NCBI GenBank assembly: GCA_973895155.1 | Contig: OZ316895.1 | Location: 18,960,508-19,024,507 of the forward strand | Origin: Marsupella aquatica | Lineage: Eukaryota > Plantae > Marchantiophyta | Direction of reading: 5' to 3' | Length of the DNA: 64,000 nucleotides | Shown: in pieces, positions 37,036 to 49,831 of the stretch | How the letters are laid out: the number at the start of each line of letters is the position of its first letter | How positions within the stretch are numbered: position 1 is the first letter of the stretch | Notes under the pieces: model-generated | Seen by the model: only the letters and a program-made list of their open reading frames with translations | What the model was told of the DNA's origin: nothing | Databases searched by the model: none | Position numbers and translations under genes: made by a program

Positions 37036-37640
37036 TGTCGTGCGCATACACATCGCTACACAACATACATCGCTTGTCACATACATCCAGACATAGTCAC
37101 ACTGCCACATCACAAACACAAGAGAATGGAATACAAGTGGAACTCATGTCCACACATGTCCAAAACCCACAATAATCTCCTCAACAATCGGAACAACGAT
37201 CGACGCCAACAATACGTACTCAATCCCGTCCAATCCGATCACACACATATGTCGAGCCAACGCACCTTGCACTCAAGGAATCCACACTACATAGAGAGAG
37301 CTCTCAGCCACCATAGCCACCACACAAGCTCCCATCTCCAAGGCTCAACATTGAAAGATGACCTTTCAATGCCTCACAAGAGAGAAGTACCCTCTCACAC
37401 AAACCTAACGGAACCTTATCGGCTCATATAGCACACATACCAAACATACGGATTTAGATAATTAGTACAATACACTCTAACACTACCTAGAATGGTGTGA
37501 TAGTTGTCGTGCGCATACACATCGCTACACAACATACATTGCTTGTCACATACATCCAGACATAGTCACACTGCCACATCACAAACACAAGAGAATGGAA
37601 TACAAGTGGAACTCATGTCCACACATGTCCAAAACCCACA
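37036..37640 (-). repeat. 3' LTR region: two 136-bp direct repeats (37036-37171, 37505-37640) with a 333-bp spacer
   Basis: Near-identical TG...CA units; the PPT abuts 37640. Confidence 0.75.
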
Positions 37641-37819
37641 ATCGCCCCCCTAGCTGGGAGTAAGATCCCCTAACTCTAGCTAGCCATGAGTTCTACAAGG
37701 TTGATATACATCTTTTCAGGTGTGAAGATCAGGAGGCCGGGTGCAAGTGAGCCCCATCGATCACCTACCTGCAATTCATATCTTCCAAGAGAACACAAAT
37801 GATAACTAGTCGGCTTCAC

Positions 37820-37963
37820 CGACACTGAGGACACAACCATGATCCACTAGGAATCACCTGCAATGGTGGTGTCAAACATGACATGTGCCATCCTCTAGAA
37901 CACTTATCACAAATCAACATAGTAATTGCTCCCTGAGCAGATCCACACAACATACATTTCAAG
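37820..37963 (-). pseudogene. PHD finger at the integrase C-terminus
   Basis: CMLCGSAQGAITMLICDKCSRGWHMSCLTPPLQVIPSGSWLCPQC (C4HC3), in frame with integrase once the solo LTR is removed. Confidence 0.9.
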
Positions 37964-39684
37964 TGTAATAGAGTACATTAGTTAGAAATGATAGAAAAAT
38001 TATAAATTTTGAACTTTTTCTAAGTCAATGGTGCATAGTTACTTTTTGTAATAATTTAGATCAACTGAACACTTTACCTAATGTCATGCTACACCGGAGA
38101 CTACTTCCTGTTCTGGATATTGAACGACAGCGGAAGTCTTTACCTTTCTATCGGATAACACTCAAGACATGGATATAATTCAAGAAGCTATGCAAGAGAA
38201 TACCTACACAAGAGTTCAGCAACCAGATCAGACGGCACTACTCCAACAAGATTAGCTCTACTGCGATCATAGTTAAGTTATATAGATCTACGCAATTTTA
38301 GTTAAATACTTAAAGTAGTCAGAAAAGTCTCATACTTTTTCAGGAAACAGACATGTGATTTGAAAGTTAAAAATATTTTTGTTTTGTTGTTTTATGCTTA
38401 GACGCGAAAGCGCTAATGCGCTTATGCGCCCATGCTCTTATACACGCATGCGCCCAGCACTTAGAACATTTTTTGTTTTTTTTGTTTTCTGTAATCTTTT
38501 TAATACTTTTACCTATTTTATTGAGGGACTTAGGCACCTCAGAAAAGTCTCATATTTTGCTAGCATGAAGAATATACATCAGAGACCACTTCAGCAAAGT
38601 CTCACCTTTTTATGACTTTTAGTTTAGAAACTAAAATTTGGATAAAACCCCTATTTATTAGTTTTACCATAATTTCACTTTTACAATAGTTAACACCTGA
38701 AATATCTTTTAGTTAGCTTTTCATTCCAGGAACATTCCACTGAACCTTAGGTACTTCTGTAGTACGATTTTATTACTTTACTTTTACCCATGACCCTTGA
38801 GATAAGAAAGGGCATGTCCTTTCATTATCTCTTTTCCCGTTGATTCCTGCTAGCCTATAGATAGTAGTTCTCATGTCATTTCTGGTGTGAAGAAATTTCA
38901 TGAGCGCTCAGTTGCAAGATTACAACTTTGTTACCTCCATTTGTAGCAAACACTCTATGTTGTTGATGAGTACTTAATACAAAGGATTTCTTCCCCTTCC
39001 TTGTGTTTGAATGTTGAAATTTCAGACCAGAGAAGTAAAACTTTGTGATTGATGAATCTTTTGAATGTGTGGAGATAGATTCCTTAATTGGTGAAGGCTA
39101 TACATTCTTGAGTTCTTGATGCATATGTTTTTGGCATAACATTGCTTGTGCACGAGGTGCAAAGAATATTATCACCAAATTACCTGTGACTTTAAGTTGT
39201 TGATGATGGTGCTTGATATTTGTGACACAAAGTACCGATTGGATGCTGAAGTGATTGGTTGTTAATCTTAATTTAGTACCTCGGAAGGAAAGGTTGAGAT
39301 GTGTAGACGGCACCCTAACAACCATCCCAGTAAAGTATTCAATTCCAGAAATATTCTTACAAGTTCAATACCTTAAATCATCTCAAATTAAGTTATGTTG
39401 AGAAGTTACCTTGGTATTTTCCAGACTCCCTCACCATACCTCAAGATTTTATTGTGTTTTGTTAATTGTTTCCATTTTGTTATTTTATTTACAATGTTAA
39501 GCAAACATTCAAAACTATGTCTTGCTGAGCAACCATAGTAAAAGGCTCACCTTTGTGTTTTTGTTACTTAAGTCATTCAAAAGTGCTAAATCATAGAAAA
39601 TCATTCCTTACATGTTCTTCCATGGGAACGAATACTGAGTTTTGGATCTTAAATGTTTATTTATGTCCCTAGTGTGATACTACA
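37964..39684. mobile_element. Solo LTR, 1721 bp, AT-rich
   Basis: TGTA...TACA; TSD TCAAG at 37959-37963 and 39685-39689. Confidence 0.88.
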
Positions 39685-42600
39685 TCAAGCCAGCACGAAC
39701 ATGTGCCAAGCTTGGACCTACTGTGCCATCAATGTTGGGAAGGTGACATGGTGCACAGTTGCGCACATGATCCTTCCAAACCATACCATCGCGTCCCTCT
39801 AACATCAGGACACCAGAAAGCAACACTTCACGCACATGTAAGATTGTCCGGCCTGCGGTCACATCAAGTGTTGTGGGTGTTGTCTGTTGCAAATAAACAT
39901 AATCACTAGGATGAAATCGACGAATGCTTGCACGGTAACCTCCTCCACGAATAGTGGCATACCTCAAAGTATCACGATGTTGGGCAATGGCAAGGTTGTC
40001 AAAAGCCATGGGCATCACTCTCTGAAATACCCGTGCTCTCTCTGAACACACCTTGACCCAAACATCAGGATTATCCAAGTTCACAACTGGTGCAGCATCA
40101 CGACAAATAGCTGCTGGCAAATCTAACTCTCTACCATAGAGCAAAAAGTAAGGTGAGAAGGATGCAAGTGATGCTTGCCGACTGAAACGGTAGCCCATAG
40201 CTAACCAAGGTAGCTGGAGATCCCAATCTCCCAGATGACCAACCTTCAAGCCATACTTACGCAATCCATCTCAGCTAATCCATCTGTCTCAGGATGATCA
40301 CGAGAGGTAGTACGATGATCAATCAGAGCTTGTTCACACAAACTCTCAAACTCTCCACGGAACTCAGTTCCCTGATCAGTCAACACCTCAACTGGTGCTC
40401 CAAAATGACTGAGTACACGGTCCAAAAATGTAGCAGCAACTTCTCCACTGGCTTTATCTGGCAACGCCACTAGCTCAATCCACTTGGAGAAGTGCTCCAC
40501 CATGACCAAAACATACCGATTATGACGTTGGGTAAGAGGTAATGGACCAGAAAAATCCAAACTCCAACGATATCCCAAACCATGATCGGTAACAGGTGCA
40601 CTTGGGGAGTGGGAGCATTAAATGATGCTCTCACTCTATCACATACCACACACTTCGCTATCAACTGCTGGACATGAGTGTGCATACCACGCCACCAATA
40701 CTGTGTCTGTAGCAAGCTGTAAGTGCGCTTCACACCAAAGTGACCCAACTCCTCGTGCGTATGTCGCACCAAATGTACTCGTTGTGATGGTTTTGGTACC
40801 AGCAACACCATACCATCATGCAGTACTCTTAGAAGATGGTTTCCTTCCCACCGAAACCTCTTGGCTCTTTGCAGAACCCTGTCACGCTCCTTGGCATCAA
40901 CACTGCCAACAATAGAACCACTGCGCAAATATTCCAACACCCTCACATCATTGTGAATATCTTGTTGTCAAAAGTTACCTCACCAACATCCACATCTGAA
41001 GACTCATCATCCACTCCATCCAATGAGGTAGAGTCCACAGATCCACTGTATGCTGGCACCCAACAAAGAAAGGCAGATGCATGCCATCCTGGCACCATCT
41101 CCTTATCTGACTCATCATGCCATCTGGCTCTAGTCTCATCCTACTGACTGGTACATGGATTGCAGCTTAATCCATCTGCATCCAAGTTCACTTTTCCAGG
41201 CCTGTGCACCACCTGGAAATCATACTCCTGTAACAACAATGCCCATCGTGCAAGCTTCCATGTAAGCTTGTCAGACTCCATTAACCACTTAAGAGGCTAA
41301 TGATCAGTGATCAAGGTGAAGGGGTTACCAAACAAGTAGCAACAAAAGTGTGCAACAGCCCACACTGCTGCCAAACACTCTCCCTCATAAGAGGTATACT
41401 TAGCCTCTGTTAAATTGTTTGATCTACTAGCATAAGCCACAACAAACTCATTCCCCTCATCATCCTTCTGAGTCAGCAATGCTCCAAGTCCTACTCCACT
41501 CCAATCAGTGTGTAGCTGAAATGGTCTGCCTGAAATGGGTCTTCTCAAAATAGGGGATGATGCCAACCTTTGCTTCAACTCCTGAAAGGCATGCTCCTGG
41601 TCATCACCCCAAATCCATTCCTGATCCAACTTAGTGAGTATGGTCAAAGGTTTAGCAAGCTGGCTAAATCCTTTAACATACCTCCTGTAATAGCTCGCCA
41701 ATCCCAATTCGCATGAACTCTATTCACATCAGTAGGACAAGGAATCTGTGTAATGGCATCCACTTTAGTTTGCTGTACACCCAATCCCCCTGGGTATATA
41801 GTGTGGCCCAAATACTCAATCTGGTCTTGGAAGAACTTACACTTGCTAGGATGGAGCTTCAACCCATGTGCTCTCAATCTCTCCAACACAATCTGCAAGT
41901 GTTGCTAATGTTCTTCCATAGTAGAAGAATAGACCAAAATATCATCAATATAACATCTGACAAAATCCAAACCTGCAAGGATTCGATCCATGACTCTCTA
42001 GAACTCAGCTGCCAGTGCATTCTTCAACCCAAATGGTAAGAATAACCACTGATACAAATGATCTTTGCCATAAGAATCAATCCCCCTAAATGCTGTCTTG
42101 GACCTATCAGCATGCCTAATTGGAAGCTGATGGTACCCTGCCCTCAGATCCAATGAACTGAAAACCTTTGCATGCCCCACAACATCAAAGATCTCCTCAG
42201 GTGTGGGCATGGCATATCTATCAGATTTTGTCTAGCGATTAATGAGTCTGTAATCACCACACATGTGCCTATCTGTGTAATTGCCATGCACATCCTTCTT
42301 GGCTGGCATCACTGTGGCAGATGCATACTCCCCATACAAAATCTCCACCAATCCAGCCTCCAACAAATTTTGAGTTTTGCTTTGAATCAGAGCTCTCTCC
42401 ATGTCACTGTAACGGTATGGCCTACGAAAGATTGGCGCATCACTAGCCAATTCAATCTGAATACCAGGACCCTTTAATGTCCCCAAATCCTTCATGCTAA
42501 ATGCAAAACAATTCTAGTAACTCTTCAGGAATCGATGCATGCAATGTCTCTCCTCCCCTGTCAACTTAGGGCCAAGCTGTGGTTCCCAACTCTCCACCAA

Positions 42601-42895
42601 ATCCCTAATATCTCTTTGTAGGGTAGAAGAGATAGCCGATGATTGCTATTTAGCAGTAGATTGAGCAGTCCCTTCCTGCTCAACAATCTGTCCAGCCTTG
42701 GCCAATCCTACCATAGGTCCATGGACTGTCTGCTCGCCCCCAACTGTGGTCAGTACTGTCTCAGTGGACCGCAAGCTCACCAAGGGACAATCAATAATTC
42801 CAGCAGAGCGCATCCGCAATTGTTCAACTACTCCCAAGCTGATAATCCAAGTCAAACAATTCAGATCCATTGTTTGACCAAGAACCTGGAGCCGC
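39685..42895 (-). pseudogene. pol: Gypsy pol (end of MTase, RT, RNase H, integrase), degraded
   Basis: LDLRAGYHQ, LPFGLKNA, YIDD, VAYASRS, HEELGHFG...C..C, LTDQGTEF. Confidence 0.9.
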
Positions 42896-45800
42896 TGTCC
42901 GGGGACCAGTTTAAAGCGGTATAAAAGTAGACTTTTTAATACTTTTAGGGACTTGGATTTTACATAGTATTTTCTTAAGTTGGTTTAATCTTTCTTAATC
43001 CTAATCAGTTTCCATTTTAAATACAAAATTACACTAAGCTATTTTAACTTAAAACACTAAATTTCTACTTACATCTAAATTCGATGCATCACTCACATTT
43101 CCATAACAATTAAACATTTTTACCACAAGAGCATTTCATCATTTCGATCACATAAAATAATCCAAACTCAACTTTTTATTTCAATCATTTTCAAAAATAT
43201 GAAGTTTGGTTCGGGTTTACAAAAGTGTTTTTCGGTGGCTCATCTCCTAACTCAGGTTTCTCCACTAAACTCAGCTCAATCATCAGGTCAGGTCTCGGCC
43301 TCAACCTCATCAATGGTTTCCCCCAAACATGTTGGACACAATTTTAGTCTCCGCCGAGCTTCCTTCACGTCGTCGCTCCTCTTACACTCTTCTTCTTGGC
43401 TCTTCTTCCTTCTCTCTTCAAGTTTCCAGTCCCATAGCAAAAAAAACTTACGTCCGCTATCCTCATACCCCATGGCAGCGGATTGTCCCTAATTTAAAAA
43501 TGATTTCTATCACCGGATTCCACTCACTAAATGAATGCAAGTCAATCAACTTACAATCCTCTTTAAAATTCCACAACATCAGATGTAAAGATTTACAAGT
43601 AACCCACACTTCCAGCTAAAACGTTTTTAGTTAATCTCATGGAAAATCACTCCTTCTTCATGGTCCATGATAATTAAATTTAATCCATTGCTTCAGGTCT
43701 CCATTCTTAAACATTTCATCGTACAGTCTTCATTGTTTTCCGTTCGCCCTTGCCTCTTGTTCCTGCTATCCACTCAGTCACTTGTCATTTCTTTTCGGGT
43801 TTTGCTTGAAAGCTCTCTCTCTCTTGTCAGTTTATTGTCTCTTTACTTCCTTATTCTGGCTCTCGTTCTTTTTGTCCATATGCTCCGCTTCTTTCGTTCA
43901 AACTTTGGGTTTTTGATAATCTCAATCTCGTCTCTCATCACCTTTTGCCTTCGCTTCTTTGCGTTTAATCTTCTAGCCTCTGATCCTTAGCCTCAGATGA
44001 ACACTTCAACACGATCATTGCCTCCTGTCACCAGATCTCTTATTGTGGATGAACGTCTTTCTTTTTCTCAGATCACCACAACACCGTCAACTCTTACTTC
44101 AATCTCTCCTTCCTGAAATTCAATAGCGCGCTCGGCCTCTTCCTGGGATTCTCAATCTGACATGTTCTTGCAAAAATTCCTCAAAACAATAACAATGAAA
44201 ACCATGCCTCTCCAATTCTTTCTCTGTTTCAACATTTCCCCAGCTTCACCTTGTTTACCCGAAAACTCAGTTCTCCACAATAACATCATCGTTTCTTGAG
44301 CTTCCCCTCTTCTGTATATAGCTTTCTCTTCTTTGTTTTTCATCCTATAATGTTCATCGGTCTTCTGAGCTTGCTTTCGAAATCTCTTCTTTCTGAAAAT
44401 CCCAAAGCTTCAACAACATCTCCTCAGCCGATCCCTCCTTTCCATCTATTAGCACCTGGCTTGTTCTTGTCTCTCCTCACAAAGAAAACTCATCATCGTA
44501 ACATTCCTCCAAAGACGAGATCCACAACATCCATAACACTCTGCTTAAAAATGGTTGTCTTCCATTCCTCTCCCCTCGAACCTGCTTAGCGCTCTCAAAG
44601 TCTCTCCCTTGTTTTGCTTCTGAACTCCTCTCTAACCTCTGCGCCTTGCTTCGCTATCTCTCTACTTATAATTCTGATTCTCCAAGTCGCTTTCCCCTTT
44701 CGGTGCTCCTCCGACTAGTCTGCATTGCACTTCAATTCACTCTAATCGAATGTCCTCTCGCCCGCCATCGCCAGAAATCCTTGTTCTCCTCTTTTTCATA
44801 AAACTTCTGATCTTCCCCGTCACGAACCCCTTTTGTGCACGCTACATAAATCACATGCTTTTATTGCCAGCACCATCTCATCGCCGAATCTCATCACCAT
44901 CTCCTCTATTCTTATCAAATCGCACCTATTCAAAAGAAAATTTGCCCCCACTCCTCGTTCTTCATCGCTTAGAATACAGTCAAGATGAGAATTGCCTGTC
45001 CTCCGTCGCCTTTCCAAAAATCCTCAAATCTTCATCCATACACTCCCATATTCCAACCGTTTTTCTTCTATCACACCCGAAACTCCGACGCACGCCTCAG
45101 CCTTCGTCCGAAAAATTTTAAAAACCTCAACATTCAACGAACATCATCCTCGGCTGAATCTCACCCTATCACCCCGAGTACTCTAGCGCGCACCACACCC
45201 CCGAGAATTTTTCTAACTGCCCCTTATTCCTTTGGCCATTTCTTCCTCCTTATTCACTTCCATTCCCCATCCGCGCGTCAACTCAAACTGCCCCTTATGC
45301 CCGAGCGCACACAAGCCTCCACGTGTCATCTTCTCACAATTCTGTCATTAAAGCCCTTTTTAGCCTTGGCAAAACTGGTTTCTCTATTTTTCTTTTGTCT
45401 TATTACTGTTTTCCTACCACAACAAAAATCTCACCCAAATTGCATTCCTTCATCAAATACCTCCAACTCAAAAATAAGGCCTTCACTTCCCCTCCTCTAT
45501 TTTCCATCCCGACGACATTCACCCCCACCAAACCTGTGTAGCCTCCGGCCTACACCACCATCATCATCGGAGTTTCATCTCAATCAATATAATCCATGAG
45601 CCTGAGTGAGCTGAGCTGAGCTGAGCTGAGCTGAATAGAGTAGTGTAAACCTCAAGTCGAGCAATGATCAACCTGAATTAATCTCCCCTCACCAATAATG
45701 GTACTCCCAAATGAATCTATAAAAATGAGCAAAAATAAACCCTAATATGATAACATAAGCCTAAGTCTACATTTTCTCATGAATTCTAAAGGTGAAAACA

Positions 45801-48800
45801 TTCTTTCACCAAAACTCATATCATAGGAAAACTCTAAAACCAAAATTTTGAATTCAATTAAGTTCCTTAACTCTCAACTAGACTATCATATGAATAAATT
45901 TCTAATTTTATCTTTCTTTCCTACTCTCAATTTCAAAACCAGATTCCTATAAACAAGATAAACAAGACAAACAAGACTCAAAAATTCATCTCTCTTCGTC
46001 ACGAATGTCACTCTCTTGAACTGCATCTTCACCATGTTCGCCATCAGAATTCTCCAAGGTGTCCTCCAATTCCTGCTGCCTTCGCTTGAAAATCTTCACT
46101 CCTCTTGCCGGCATATCTTCCATGATGTTCCGTCCCGTCGAGTTCTCGAATGGAGTAAGTGGCATTGGGATGAACTCTCGTCACCACAAACGGTCCTTGC
46201 CACCTCTGCGCAAACTTCTTCTCCGTAGAATGCTGATTCTCAAGGTTGCTCTCATAAATAAGCACCCAATCACCCTCCTCAATTGCTCGTGGTCGAATTC
46301 GATGTTTCCGGTCGATGTAGTCCTTGTTCTTCATGCGCACCACCCTCATTTTCTCTAACGCCTCTCGAACCTTCTCAGGTGTCTGATTCAAATGGTCGAT
46401 CTTGGTAGCAAGTAACTCCTCACGACTGACATGGTCTCTCCATCCAATCGTTCTCCAGCTCTTCACGTCCTCCTCAATCGGCATCAAGGGCAAATGTCCC
46501 ATCATCAACTCAGCTGGCGCATATCCTGTGACTGAACTACACGTCAATCTGTCCGCCATCAAGGCGAGTGGTAAATAGTCTGGCCACTCTCTGAATCTCC
46601 CTCGACATGACTTAACAAGTGCATTAACAATCGGTGGGTGCCCTCTCTCACTCTTCCCATTCCCCTTTGGGTTATACGCACAAGTAAGACTCAATCTAAT
46701 ATGGAACTTCCTAAAAAAAAGATCGGCTTCCTCCATGTTGAGTGCTCTCCTGTCAGCTCTCAACCGATCAAAACATCTGTGCCTCGCTATCATATCTTCC
46801 AAAATAAACCTACAAATAAATTCAGTCTTATTCAATGGTAACGCTCGACCCTCGACATAAGATGACAACTCTTCTCTCGACAAAACCAAAAACTTTAAAC
46901 CTCTAACCCCTCTCGGCATATAAACAACATCTAGGACCCATTGTAACCTCATCGCCAAAGGATAAGTAGGACAAAGACCATCTCGATGCTTGACTTTTGA
47001 ATAATATTGACAAACCGGACAACTCTCAACATACTCTCGAACCTCTGTATAACAACTTGGCCACCAATATAAGCCCTTGACCCTCTCATATGTTGCTTGG
47101 ACCCCTCTATGTCCTGCTGACTCATCGTCATGACTCTCTGTCAAGACTCTCAACTTAGACTCATTATCACCAATGACCCTTAATGGAATTCCTCCTCGTG
47201 TCTTGGGTCGCCTCCATAGAAGTCCTTCTCGTAGTAAGTATCCAAAAGCCTTCCTCCGGATTCTCTCAAATTTGTCTCGTGTCCATTCAGCTCTTCTCTC
47301 CAGTGTGCTCAAATATCTCCCAAGAGTAAGTAGCTCGCCTGAGTAAAGCTCCTCCTTAAATTCTACCTTCTCAACCTCCAATGTCTCCGTACTATGTACA
47401 CCTGCACTCTCCTCCTCTCCAAAACCATCCTCAAATCTTGCTCTCGAAAGCATATCCGCAACAGGATTATCTTTCCCTACAATGTGTCTCAACTCCGGGT
47501 TAATCATCCGAATAAATGCAATCCATCTCAGCATCGCAATGTCTAGCGTATCACAGTTCGCAATCATCCCCAAAAGTGGCTGACAATCCGTCTCAAGTAT
47601 CACATATGCCCCTATCAGGTAATCCTTCTCCTGACGAAGTGATGACTTAGCTCCCCACAACTCTCTTTTAATCTGTGGGTATCGCCTCTGTCGCTCTGTA
47701 AAAATCTTCGCCCCAAAACGTGTAGCAAACCGTTGGCCTTCTCCATCATCCTGTCCAACAGCCCACCCAGTAGCTGTGGGACTCGAGTCAACCGTGACAA
47801 TGATCGGCCTCCCGCAAGTGTAGTCCAACGGTCGTAATACAGGCGGGCTCAGCAAAGCTTTCTTCAATCTCATCATCGCCTCCGTGTGTCTTTCTGTCCA
47901 GACAAACCTGCGCCCTTTTCTCAACAACTCATACAAAGGCTCAACGGTATGGGCAAAATGAGGAATCCAAATACGATAAAATATACAAGCTCCTAAAAAT
48001 CTCCTAACCTCTGTAGGCGAAGTACAATCTCCTAATTTACTAATAGCATTAACTTTTTCTACACTAGGACTTTGCCCATAAGAACCACAATGTTGTCCCA
48101 CTACCATTACTTCTTTTAACCCAAATGCAGATTTCTCTCCTGAAAGCGTTACTCTAGCCTCTATCATGCGCTGCAAAATTGCCTCAACATCCTGCTACAT
48201 AAATCACATGCTTTTATTGCCAGCACCATCTCATCGCCGAATCTCATCACCATCTCCTCTATTCTTATCAAATCGCACCTATTCAAAAGAAAATTTGCCC
48301 CCACTCCTCGTTCTTCATCGCTTAGAATACAGTCAAGATGAGAATTGCCTGTCCTCCGTCGCCTTTCCAAAAATCCTCAAATCTTCATCCATACACTCCC
48401 ATATTCCAACCGTTTTTCTTCTATCACACCCGAAACTCCGACGCACGCCTCAGCCTTCGTCCGAAAAATTTTAAAAACCTCAACATTCAACGAACATCAT
48501 CCTTGGCTGAATCTCACCCTATCACCCCGAGTACTCTAGCGCGCACCACACCCCCGAGAATTTTTCTAACTGCCCCTTATTCCTTTGGCCATTTCTTCCT
48601 CCTTATTCACTTCCATTCCCCATCCGCGCGTCAACTCAAACTGCCCCTTATGCCCGAGCGCACACAAGCCTCCACGTGTCATCTTCTCACAATTCTGTCA
48701 TTAAAGCCCTTTTTAGCCTTGGCAAAACTGGTTTCTCTATTTTTCTTTTGTCTTATTACTGTTTTCCTACCACAACAAAAATCTCACCCAAATTGCATTC

Positions 48801-48870
48801 CTTCATCAAATACCTCCAACTCAAAAATAAGGCCTTCACTTCCCCTCCTCTATTTTCCATCCCGACGACA
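42896..48870 (-). mobile_element. Internally deleted Ty3/gypsy element with a 2.6-kb 3' LTR (42896-45517) and truncated 5' LTR (48194-48870)
   Basis: TG...CA ends; 4-bp TSD CCGC at 42892-42895 and 48871-48874; 677-bp near-identical repeat 44841-45517 = 48194-48870; PPT GGTGGGGGTGAA at ~45518-45529. Confidence 0.88.
46044..48176 (-). CDS. pol: Gypsy pol fragment: RT C-terminus, RNase H, integrase (710-aa open frame)
   Basis: VRRFLG, VTVDSS, NPVADMLSR, H..GHRG...C..C, GNGKSERGH, WQGPFVV. Confidence 0.9.
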   Translation of the reverse strand: MQRMIEARVTLSGEKSAFGLKEVMVVGQHCGSYGQSPSVEKVNAISKLGDCTSPTEVRRFLGACIFYRIWIPHFAHTVEPLYELLRKGRRFVWTERHTEAMMRLKKALLSPPVLRPLDYTCGRPIIVTVDSSPTATGWAVGQDDGEGQRFATRFGAKIFTERQRRYPQIKRELWGAKSSLRQEKDYLIGAYVILETDCQPLLGMIANCDTLDIAMLRWIAFIRMINPELRHIVGKDNPVADMLSRARFEDGFGEEESAGVHSTETLEVEKVEFKEELYSGELLTLGRYLSTLERRAEWTRDKFERIRRKAFGYLLREGLLWRRPKTRGGIPLRVIGDNESKLRVLTESHDDESAGHRGVQATYERVKGLYWWPSCYTEVREYVESCPVCQYYSKVKHRDGLCPTYPLAMRLQWVLDVVYMPRGVRGLKFLVLSREELSSYVEGRALPLNKTEFICRFILEDMIARHRCFDRLRADRRALNMEEADLFFRKFHIRLSLTCAYNPKGNGKSERGHPPIVNALVKSCRGRFREWPDYLPLALMADRLTCSSVTGYAPAELMMGHLPLMPIEEDVKSWRTIGWRDHVSREELLATKIDHLNQTPEKVREALEKMRVVRMKNKDYIDRKHRIRPRAIEEGDWVLIYESNLENQHSTEKKFAQRWQGPFVVTRVHPNATYSIRELDGTEHHGRYAGKRSEDFQAKAAGIGGHLGEF

Positions 48871-48874
48871 CCGC

Positions 48875-49831
48875 AAACCCTCTGACACAGAGGCAATTGT
48901 AGTGGTGCCAGTCAAAAATCCCATAGCACGCTCTCTCTCATTAGTAGTAGGTTCCACTAACTACTGGAGAGCTGTGTCCCAGACAAGTCCAGGGCCACCT
49001 GCTCTGAATGCATATGAAGCAGATTGTAGTTGGATTGTTGCCAGTGGGCGCCCAACTGCATTGACCATTGCCAATGGAGGTCTATCAGGTTGGGTCACAC
49101 CCTATGCACGATGCCCTGGATCCAAAACATCATCCACCACTAAGGCTGGTGAGCGTGGAATGCTGTCAAATGCGCGCTTCAGCACCTCACATGGGATCAA
49201 ATTAGTCCACCACAAGCGTGGACAATGTGCACAAGAACCCACACATGCAGCATCCAATAACACAGCAGGTCCAATCCAAGACCTCACCTAGTGAACACTG
49301 GCAACAATCCAACTACAATCATCACCTAACAATGGTACATTCTCCAAAATGTATGCTGGAGACTGTGTCTGCTGTAGCTGGAGACTGTGTCTACTGTAGC
49401 TGGAGATGACGCAGCACCTGTAACATCTCCCAAAACAATGCAGAGCATGGATCATGAAGTCTATGCCCAACGCCAGCTCTAGATTGGCCCTGACATGGCC
49501 AACCAGCAAGCACCAAATCAATGGGGTCAACACGATGCAGATGATCCGCCCCCAACAATGAAATATCAGCAGGTAGTGCATGCTAATAACCACGAACAGC
49601 ATCCACTGGCAGCAACTGTGGATATCTATCCACCAACATAGCCACATGTTGCAATGAGACCCTCCGTGCTATCTCATCTGTCTCCACATACAAATAACGA
49701 TGCACAAGAATTCCTACCTGAAGAACAACAGCCAATCCAGTGCTAATCCCACCAAAAAGATCCAACAAACAAATACCCTCCGGTGGATACTGCCAAGCAA
49801 TAGGAGTGGTATCCAATGGTGAAAGAGTCAC
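48875..49831 (-). pseudogene. C5 cytosine DNA methyltransferase domain (DNMT3-like) within gypsy pol
   Basis: Motif I LLDLFGGI, IV LAGWPCQGQSRAG, VI YILENV, VIII AHCPRLWWTNL, IX ERERAMGF; motif X LGQTMDL lies at ~42860-42885 across the nested insertion. Confidence 0.88.

Noticed and set aside
48338-49291. 317-aa plus-strand ORF (and 44985-45599)
   Set aside because: Spans an insertion junction and is antisense to LTR and MTase sequence; chance open frame
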